From assembly GCA_010093815.1 (NCBI GenBank), contig ML996592.1: 20,000 nucleotides of DNA; one strand, 5' to 3'. The stretch comes from Pseudovirgaria hyperparasitica (lineage: Eukaryota). Below the pieces are notes generated by a model. The model had not been told where the DNA came from, ran no database searches, and saw nothing but the letters and a program-made list of their open reading frames with translations. A program made the translations under genes and the position numbers. Numbering within the stretch: the stretch's first letter is position 1; each line of letters starts with the position of its first letter. Positions 11,320 through 20,000 of the stretch are shown here, in pieces.

Positions 11320-12949
11320 ACTAGTCCCTCTCTTTATATAGAAAGATATTATTATAGATTTTATAGTTAACTTACCTTTAAGTAAGATACTTAGAATAAG
11401 TTATAATTTAATTCTTATTATTATAGATAGACTTATAAAGATATCTAGATATATCTCTATATAGAAGATAATTATATTAAAAGAACTAGTATAAGTATTC
11501 TAGAATAAGATTATTAAGGTCTATAGTATACTAAAAAGAATTATTATAGACTAAGGAAGTATATTTAAATCTAAATTCTAGATATTATTCTATAAAATAG
11601 CTAGTATAAATAGAAATATATTAATAGTATTCTATCTATAAATAGATAGTTAGATAGAATAATAGAACTAAATACTTAAGGCCTATCTTTATATATTCTA
11701 TAATTTTAAATAAGATAACTAGGTCTCTCTACTAAGTATAGTAGAATTTATATATGATAATAGTTATTATAGTATAATAGGTATTACGCCCTTCTAGGTA
11801 AATCTAGAATATAGTCTAAGAATAGATTTTAAACCTTATATAGTTAAGTTTAACTAAATAATAGATATTAATATCTATATATAGAAACTAGTAATTAAAA
11901 TCTTCGAAACTATATATAACTATTATATAATAATCTAGAAAGTAAATAAGTTATATATAAAGTACTATAATAGATTAGTTAAAGATTAAATATATAAGAA
12001 GAAAGATAAAGTTCTTCTTAATATCTATAATATATAAATATTATAAGTAAATAAAAAGCTTAATTATAAAATGGCTAGTCCCTTCTAAATTATATTTTAT
12101 ATTAGTATAAGAGTCTATAAGCTTAACCTAGGAAAATATATAAAAGTCTATAATATATTCTATATCTTATTACTTAAAAGGTTTTAATCTAATATATATA
12201 ATTATATAAACTTATAATTATACTCTATTATACCCTAAGATAGACTAGATATATATAAAGTAAACTATATTATTAAATATAGACTCGATAAGAATAGTAT
12301 CTAGAAGTATTAAATCTATTAGAAGAACTATACTAAGAATAAGAATATCTAGAAACCTATAGTATATATCTTAAGTACCGTAATATCTATATATAAATAG
12401 AGGTTATAGAATAATATATTACTACTATAAACCTAGTACTATTAGAGCTATTATAAAAAGAAGAAGAATACTATAGAGAATAAAGTATTAAGTTATAAAT
12501 CTTAAATATATACTAGGAAAACTCTATAAGATAGCCCTATAATTTAAGTAATATATAGTTACTAAACACGAAGAAAATATAAATAACTATTATAGATATA
12601 TAATATAATATATTATAATAGAATAATATAGAAAAGTCTAGAATAGACTAATATAGACTATTATATATAAGAAAAATATAGAACTAAGAATCTAAAAAGG
12701 TACCCTACTATAGAATTAAACTTATAATATATAATATAAAAAGTTAGAGTATCTAAACTAATAACTACTAGACTACTAGTTTAGATACTCTAATGTAATT
12801 TAGAGAGATAAACTAATTTATATATAATATCTATACTTTAGTAACTAAAAGAAAATTAGAATCTAGAATTTAATAGTTATAGAATAAATAAGAGTATATA
12901 TAATATTATTAAGTTAAGAATTAAATTACTAGAAAACTAGTAGATAGAT

Positions 12950-14349
12950 ATTTAAATAGTCTTAAAAGAACTAAAATAGATAGAAGCTAGATAAATAGAG
13001 CTAGTATATACCCTATAGAAACCCTAGTATATAAAGCTATAGAGCTACTTCTCTATCTTATTCTTACTTTTAAAGTATAATAAATAAACTAGCTAAGTAA
13101 TAAAGTAGCGGAGGTCTAAGATCTTATTCTCTAGAGTAACTATATACTTAGTTAGAGTCTAGTAAGATAATAACTAAGTACTAGAGTAGAGTAACTAGGC
13201 CTAAAGTTAGCTAATATAGTCTAGAATAATCTAGAATAAAATATATACCTTCTTATAAGGTAACTTAGAAGAAGAAATAGTAGATCTCTTATAAGATCTA
13301 TTAGTAGTATAAGATAGATAGAAGAAGATACTATAAATCTCTTTAATAGTCTTAGTAGCTAAAACTAACTCTCTAGAATAGATAGTCTAAGTACTAGAAA
13401 TCTTATAGTAACTAAAAATTATAAGCTAAGGTCAAGAGTAATTAATAGTTTCTAAACTTATACTTTAATAATCTCTAGAAAGAGCTTATAGTACTCTCTA
13501 AACTCTCTATATATAGAGGCTAGATAACTACTAGAACTACTAAGAGTCTTATAGATATAAAGATTATTATATATATCTTATATATAAATAGAAATCTAAA
13601 AATATATTAATATAGATAACTTTAGATTACTCTAGACTAAAATAGTCTAATAGACTAATCTAAAGATAAACTTTACTAAGAATAGTATAGTAGTAGTAGT
13701 AAATAGATAGTTTAAAGATTAAATATATAGATCTATTATAATTAGTAGAGTAGTAGCTAATACTAGAGTTAGAGTAGAAAAGATACTTAGAGCTAGTTAT
13801 ATAAGTCTTAATATACTTAAAGTATATTAAACTATAGTTTACTATTTTCCTATAGTATAAGCTATAACTATATTTAGTATCTTTAGTAATCTAGACCTTA
13901 TTATTAGTAGAGCTAGACTTAGAATAAATAGTAAGATTCTAAAAGAATCTAGAATAACTAAATTAGTCTATATTAGACTAGAAAGAGAAATAGTATTTAG
14001 AGTAGAGTAGTAAGAGTATAAACTCTTAATTATTATCTATAATAAGATCTTCTTTATTCTCTAAAGAAGATAGAGTAGATAAATAGTATAAAAAAGTATA
14101 AGTAGACTTTATAGCTACTTCTTCTATAATATTAGTACTAGAATTATCTAGATTAGAGTAATTAGTAGCTATATTAGTAGTAATAGTAGTAGTAGTCTTA
14201 GCTATCTTCTTCTCTAACTTAGAATATATCTTTATACTACTATAATAGATAGATTTTTTAGATAGTATAGCTAGAGTAGAGATAATCTCTTTAGAGTAAG
14301 TATTATAAGAGAAGAAGATAGACTTAGAAATAGAACTAGTATTAGATAT
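12950..14349 (-). pseudogene. Probable additional antisense ORF in the Gypsy A 3' region, unknown function
   Basis: Stop-poor, protein-like minus-strand stretches, e.g. ISNTSSISKS...KLEKKIAKTTTT...LENKEDLIIDNN and YKRSTISSSKLPYKKV...LENKILDLRYF. Boundaries and frame continuity are uncertain. Confidence 0.5.
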
Positions 14350-14824
14350 CTATATATATATATTAGCTAGAGATCTAAGAATAGAATACTTATTTAGTCT
14401 TAAAGATAATTAGAAAAGCTAAATTAGTAACTATAATAATATAAATAGATTATATAGAACTAATTCTAATAAGAATAGACTACTCTAGATCTAAATAGAT
14501 CTAAACTAAAGAAGATAGTATATAAATTAATAACTTATCTTAAGAGTAAGATAGATATACTAGAGAAGAAAATTTAGAATAAGAGAACTAAATATAAGCT
14601 TAGTTAATATAGTAGTTATATAATCTACGGAGCTATCTCTAAGATAGTAGCTAGAAAGTAAGAGATAAGTATATATATAAGTTAATAAAAGTAAACTAGA
14701 GTTTTAAGTTTACTAATATAAAGGCTATTAATAATATTATATAGATTTACTTAGATATATATATAAATATAATACTTATAGAATTATAGATTTATATATA
14801 GTTAAGTACTTTAGAGTAAAGTAT

Positions 14825-14838
14825 AAAAAGAAGAAGAA
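14825..14838 (+). promoter_or_regulatory. Polypurine tract of Gypsy A
   Basis: aaaaagaagaagaa, 3 nt upstream of the LTR. Confidence 0.7.
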
Positions 14839-14841
14839 TAT

Positions 14842-15082
14842 TATTAAAACTAGTACTAGAATAGACTTAACTAGACTACTATAGTCTAGTATAGTTCTAT
14901 AATAAATAGATCTAGATTGAGTTAGCTAGATTAAGTAAGAGTACTATATAAGTAGACTATATATACTTAATTCCTACTCTTTAGAAATTAATCTTATTAT
15001 AAGAGTAGACTATTCTTTTAAATATATTTCTAAATTCTTCTATAATCTATTAGACTACTATTCTATATCTATAATTCTTATA
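14842..15082 (+). repeat. 3' LTR of Gypsy A (~241 bp)
   Basis: Aligns end to end with 16878-17117, mostly via transitions; termini TATTAAA...TCTTATA are RIP forms of TGTTAGG...CCTTACA. Confidence 0.88.
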
Positions 15083-15453
15083 TCTAGAGAAGAGTATATA
15101 GATAAAAAAAATACGTAGAGACTTAATACTAACTATATTAACTAATATTTAATAGTATATATATATTTAGACCTTATATAGCGATAAGTATATAATAAAA
15201 TACTAGAATATATCTATCTTATATAAATTTAGGTAGGGGAGACATAGCGCGATATCCGAATACTAAGAGAGTTAGGTTCTAGGTAAACGATAAATTATAG
15301 TAATATAGTATTTAAAGACGTACTTTTACTCTCTATATTTCAATCTCTTACTAAAAAGAAGTTATTAAGATATACTCCCGAAATAAACTACTCTAATAGT
15401 AGCTATATTAAAGAATAGAAGATAGATAGAGACTTAAGAAATAGAAGAAAGCT

Positions 15454-16716
15454 ATAAGTATTTTAAGTAATCTAGTAGTAAAAGTAGTTTATATAATCTC
15501 TATTCTCTCTATACTATATCTTACTACCATTGTATATACTATTCCGGCCGTACTAGAGGTATCTAGCTACTATATTTATAAGAAGGTAAAAGACCATAAT
15601 TATAAGAAGATAAAAAACCATTAATCTTATAAAATAGAATAGAGAAATAAAGAGAGATATAAAGAAGTAATAGAAATCGTACTACTACCCTAGCGCTTCG
15701 AAGAGTTAGTATATAATAATAGAGTATATAGTTTTAAAGAATTGCTTGACTTTTCTATGCCGGTAGATAATCCGGTAGTTTACTTAGAGTAGTTACTAGG
15801 TGCTTAGAAAGATACTCTAGTAGTATTACCTAAGTAGTTATCTAGGCCTCTAAATCTATAAAAGATAATAGAGGTATTATTATTTTTTACTATACTTCCT
15901 TTTAATATCCGCTTTATAGTATATAAGCTCGTGTATAGTAGCTACTATTTATTACTTTAAACTAGACTTAGAGGCCTCTATCATCTAATTAGAAGGTAGC
16001 TATATATAGACTATTCTATATAATTATCTACTAATATATTAGAGTAGCTATTAGTACTAGTCTAATAGATCTTAATCTAGTACTAGCTATATTCTAAGTC
16101 TAACTATATATCTTAATAAGTACCCGTTAAATCTAGATAATTAGAATCTTAAGCTACTACTTACTCTAAGAAGAGACTATATATATATATATATAGCCTT
16201 ACTACTCCCTTAACTATCTACTATTAGATATAAGATAAATCTATTTATACTATAATAAGATTCTAATTATTATAATAGATATTAAGAGTCTATCTATATA
16301 CTCTATAGAACTAATATATTTAACTTCTAGATTTATATAGAGCTACTACCTTCTTTCTTAAACTTTATACTACTAAAGAGAATCTATAGTATCTATAAGA
16401 TTTCTATTATTACTACTATAGTAGATATTATAAATAAAGATAATAATTAGAATATTTTATAGAGTTTATAAGGGCTAGTAGAACTATAAATTATTATTAT
16501 AGATAATATACCTAAGTTAGCTAGCGATAATCTATTCTTTATTAAATAGTTTAAGAGATCTAAGAGCTTAAGGGTCTTAGAAGTATAGATTCTATAGGGT
16601 TTAGATAAGAGACTAGAGTCTATAGTAGAAGAAAATAAGTAGTAATAATAGATTATAAAGTATATCTTCTAGTATAGTAAATAAATATCTAATATTACTA
16701 TTAATAATCGGGTATA
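15454..16716 (+). pseudogene. RIP-destroyed host-type fungal gene (F-box-like/DUF7730-type uncharacterised protein) with a 49-nt intron at 16230-16278
   Basis: Single frame from ATA (ex-ATG) at 15454: a hydrophobic N-terminus, then FFTILPFNIRFIVYKLVYSS, then PLTIYY*I / intron / Y*ESIYILYRTNIFNF. The intron has ataag (ex-gtaag), branch ctaat and terminal tag. The family name is from motif memory, and the stop position is approximate. Confidence 0.68.
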
Positions 16717-16877
16717 ATAAAGGTATAACTATATCTCTTTCTATTACTACTACTAAGGAAAAAGTAAATTCTAGTAGAATTTATATTGGGTTCCGCTTAA
16801 TCCTAGTTAATATATATAATATATATACCTTTTAGATTACTCTCTAGATATATAGTTAAACGTTACTAGTTACTATA

Positions 16878-17117
16878 TGTTAGGGCTAACACTAGGATAG
16901 ACTTAACTAGAATACTATAGTCTAGTACGGTCCGTGATAGGTGGACCTAGGGTAAGCTAGCTAGAATAAGCGAGACCACTATATAAGTAGACCGCATATA
17001 CTTAATTCCTACTCTTTAGGAATTAACCTTATTAGAAGAGTAGACTACCCTTTTAAATATATTCCCGAATCCTCCTATGACCTATTAGACTACTATTCTA
17101 CGTCTATAATCCTTATA
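16878..17117 (+). repeat. 5' LTR of Gypsy B (240 bp)
   Basis: TGTTAGG...CCTTATA termini, TATATAAG box at 16980-16987, homologous to 14842-15082. Confidence 0.9.
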
Positions 17118-17317
17118 TTTTAATTCCTCTTTATATAGCACGATAGTAGTTTATAGAAATAGCTCTAACCACTCGTTATAATACTCGTGGCACTACCTCT
17201 TATAGTAGACCTTCTCCTAACCTAAACGAGGAGAATAGTCTACCTATAACTACCTCTACTAATAACTATACCTTATAGGCTATCGTACCGATAACTCGTA
17301 TAATATTCCGTATAACT

Positions 17318-18541
17318 ATGGAAGATATTATAGAACACGAGGATAGAGTCTATTATACTCTATCTTAGTCTAGTTCGAACTATACTAGACCTAACCTTAA
17401 TACGAGGCTAGACCATATTAATATTAACGAGTTAATCCGTTAGAATCGCCTAACGTTAACTATACCTTATAACGATATATATACTAGACTACACGAAGAG
17501 AGGTAATAATAGGTTTAACTCGAGTAATAACTATATGAACTCGACGAAGCTTAAGGACGTACTACGAGACTTAAAGCTATATTATACGCTTTAGTTCTAG
17601 TAATAACTAATCTATATTTATATAGACCTATACTAACTAAAACGATCTATCCTAGTCTACTACTATCCTAATTACCCCGATCTAAGAAACTACCTTACTT
17701 CGATAGTAAAAGTAGAAAGAGTTTCCATATATAGACTTACTAATATAGCCGATTCTTCTATCTATTCACGAACGATAGCGATAAAATTAGATTCGCCTAG
17801 AACTACCTCGACCCGACGCCTTTAGAACGTTAGATAGTATACTAAATCGAATATCCTAAGGATGCCTATAACTAGGACACGTTTACCGAATTTCTTCTCT
17901 AATGTTTTAGCGATAGGGCTAAACGATATAACTAGGCCTAGGGCTATATCTTCGAGACTCGATAACGAGATAATTAGTTACTATTATAACTCCTTAAATA
18001 CCTTCGGCCCCTCTAGAGAGAAGCCGAAGAAGATCGTATAATTTAATAGTACGATAACTTTAAATAGTCCCTCGCCCTAAATATAAAGGACCGTCTCGAC
18101 CTTATAATAATAATCTCTATAGACCTCTAAGCTCTTATAAACCTCGCGGAGCGATACTAGCGTATAATGAATAATTAACGCCGCGCTAGTACACGACTAT
18201 CTCTAACGATCCAATCTAACGTAAAATCGTCTAACTAAAACCAATTTAGTAATAGATCTCGCGGGACATCACGAGGCTACTACCATGCCTTAAATTCAAA
18301 ACCACGCGGATCGTATTGTGGATCTCCCTACTAATTAATATATTAAGATATAAGGACCGACTTATATAAATAACCTAAAGTTACTTACTATACCTATGGT
18401 AGAATAGACTATATAGCACCTAAGTACTATTTAGGGAAGCTACTAAGTGCTAATATAACTAACTAACTAGTCATATACTATAAGTGCTAGTAGCTAGGAT
18501 ATATCGCGCCTAACTACCTAGTATAGAATATAAAAAACTAA
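17318..18541 (+). pseudogene. Gypsy B gag with two CCHC zinc knuckles, RIP stops
   Basis: ATG 17318 to TAA 18541 in frame (408 codons). Capsid-like DKIRFA*NYL...N*DTFTEFL; knuckles YYTYGRIDYIAPKY and YYKC**LGYIAPNY. Confidence 0.85.
18532..18538 (+). promoter_or_regulatory. Putative -1 ribosomal frameshift heptamer A AAA AAC
   Basis: Directly before the gag stop; the protease frame is -1 relative to gag. Confidence 0.7.
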
Positions 18542-20000
18542 TAGCCTACGAGAACCCCTTGCGACTTATAGATATAACTATAATAGAGGGGTAATCCGCT
18601 AAATAGTATATTAAACTATAGGCTAGACCTATCGAGGTCCCTTATAGATAATATTAGACTATAATACTTAATAGTAGATCGGCTACTAACGTTATATCGA
18701 CCTAACAAGCACGAGAACTTAACACCGATATCCAAGCTCTAATAGGTGCCATGTTCTATAGTATCGACGGTCCTATTAAGTTATACGGTACCTATACTAT
18801 TAAATATAGTATCTAGGATAGCGGAGGGAAATAGAAACTCTACTACTTAACCTTTATCGTGGTAGATAGTCCCTTTAATATAATTCTAGGTATACCGTAG
18901 CTTAAGAAATATAACCTAAAACTAGACTTCCTTAAGAAGATAGCTAGCTAGCGTATAAACCTACCTTAATAGAATTTACTTAAAGTCTTAATTCTATACT
19001 TACTCGCTAAGCGACTCTAATAAATATACTCTAAACACTTATCGGACTTTACGAATACCACTCTATAAGTTAAACTATATTTCTTATAGAACGAGTAAGG
19101 GAAAGGTATTTCATTACCCTTATAATTAATTAAAATAGATAAAGTAACTCTCCGTTTTACTAGATTAGATTTAGAAGGCTTAACTAATTTTATAACTCTA
19201 GGTATAATAGAAGAAAAGGAAGAAGAGCTCCTTACTAAAGAAAATTAGAATAACTCCCTACTTATAAGTAACTATAGAAGTACTTTAGAACGAAGTACCT
19301 TAGGAGGGGCATTATATAATAAATCACTAGCTAGAGCCGTAGAAAGATACGTAGACTCTAGCACGAGTAGTATAAAAGATAGTATAATATATAGAAGGGG
19401 TACCTATAATATAATAGATAGCCCTAGGTAGTAACCTAAGGCTAAGATAGACACCTATAGGAAGAGCTAATTATAGGTACTTAGAATAGGTATTCTAAGT
19501 AACCCACCTAGTAATTAGGAATAGAATATTAGTATTCTAAGTAACGCACTAAACGCTTAGAATAAGTATTCTAATTAAAGAACCTTAGCCGAACTATATA
19601 GACCCTTTAAACGTAACCTCTAGAGATAGTTCTATAGTAATTAATTTAAACTTATACTACTATAATTACTACTTCACTTGCCTACTAGCTAGTTACTATT
19701 TATACCCTATTAATACTTACTATAAACCTACTTACACCTCTTAGAGCCTTCTAAGTACCTTTATCTATAGAAAAGCCGGGACACCCTATAGAACGGACTA
19801 CTTTAGGGATAAGCCATACCCTTATCAAGGAAGGTTTATTATATAATCCTCTACTCTTTTCTACTAAAGTATAATATATTTTATTTAGAGAATAATATCT
19901 AGACTTATAATTCTATAATTAATAGAATAGATAGAAGGAAGTATAGCTACTATCTACGATAACCTAGAAATATTTAGCTATATTTATACTAAATACCCTT
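18538..20000 (+). pseudogene. Gypsy B pol, N-terminal part: aspartic protease plus long linker; RT not reached
   Basis: ILNSRSATNVIS at ~18664-18699 (LDSG-type motif) and NIILGIP*LKKYNLKLDF (DxILGMPWL) at ~18877-18930. Confidence 0.85.

Larger units (their letters stand above)
10147..12490 (+). pseudogene. Gypsy A pol remnant: RT-RNase H tether, RNase H, integrase (HHCC, DDE, GPF) and chromodomain
   Basis: Observed: SFKKIKEIFITTLLLVYFN; *ELLVIVELFK***YYL; IIIDFIVNLP; IIIDRLIKI; IIID*GSIF; FYL*IDS*IE**N*IL; ASPF; YKVNYII...IY*KNY...I*KP. These de-RIP to canonical TAPLLxHFD, ELLAIV, MDFIVDLP, VDRLTKM, TDRG, FHPQTDGQTERQN, GPF and chromodomain motifs. End approximate. Confidence 0.9.
10134..15082 (+). 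mobile_element. Ty3/Gypsy chromovirus LTR retrotransposon A, 3' half, heavily RIP-mutated, interrupted on its left by the LINE pair
   Basis: Domain order RNase H, integrase, chromodomain, then PPT and 3' LTR. Confidence 0.9.
16878..20000 (+). mobile_element. Ty3/Gypsy LTR retrotransposon B, 5' part, same LTR family as A, less RIP-mutated; runs off the window
   Basis: 5' LTR, leader, gag with Zn knuckles, slippery site, protease. Confidence 0.9.

Noticed and set aside
16178..16195. (TA)n runs here and elsewhere (e.g. ~2822-2840, ~8101-8121)
   Set aside because: Expected by-products of RIP converting CA/TG/CG to TA.
14842..17117. LTR-gene-LTR as one retroelement that captured a host gene
   Set aside because: A PPT precedes the left LTR and gag follows the right LTR, so they belong to two elements. 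The outer flanks show no TSD, the gene keeps its intron, and the LTRs differ in RIP load.
1..20000. Alternative genetic code (TAA/TAG read-through) or organellar/phage DNA
   Set aside because: Stops fall at expected Gln/Trp/Arg positions alongside other C>T/G>A damage such as YADD>YANN and Cys>Tyr, which RIP explains.

Overview
This window is an AT-rich block of nested fungal (filamentous ascomycete-like) transposons degraded by repeat-induced point mutation (RIP): TpA is abundant, CpA/TpG is depleted, and motifs are readable after reversing C>T/G>A changes. No intact gene is present. Left to right: (1) two head-to-tail minus-strand copies of a ~5.3 kb Tad1-like LINE (1-4841 and 4855-10133); (2) the Ty3/Gypsy chromovirus they interrupt (RNase H, integrase, chromodomain, ~2.3 kb 3' region with a probable antisense ORF, PPT, 3' LTR 14842-15082), which also holds a 140-bp solo LTR and a 10-N gap; (3) a RIP-killed, intron-containing host-type gene (~15454-16716); (4) a second, less-mutated Gypsy of the same LTR family (5' LTR 16878-17117, gag, -1 frameshift site, protease) running off the window. 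The most unusual signals are an identical 31-bp palindrome bracketing the LINE coding region, with its loop flipped between copies, apparent repeated LINE insertion at one target site, and the antisense ORF. All protein calls come from manual translation and de-RIP reasoning, not database searches.
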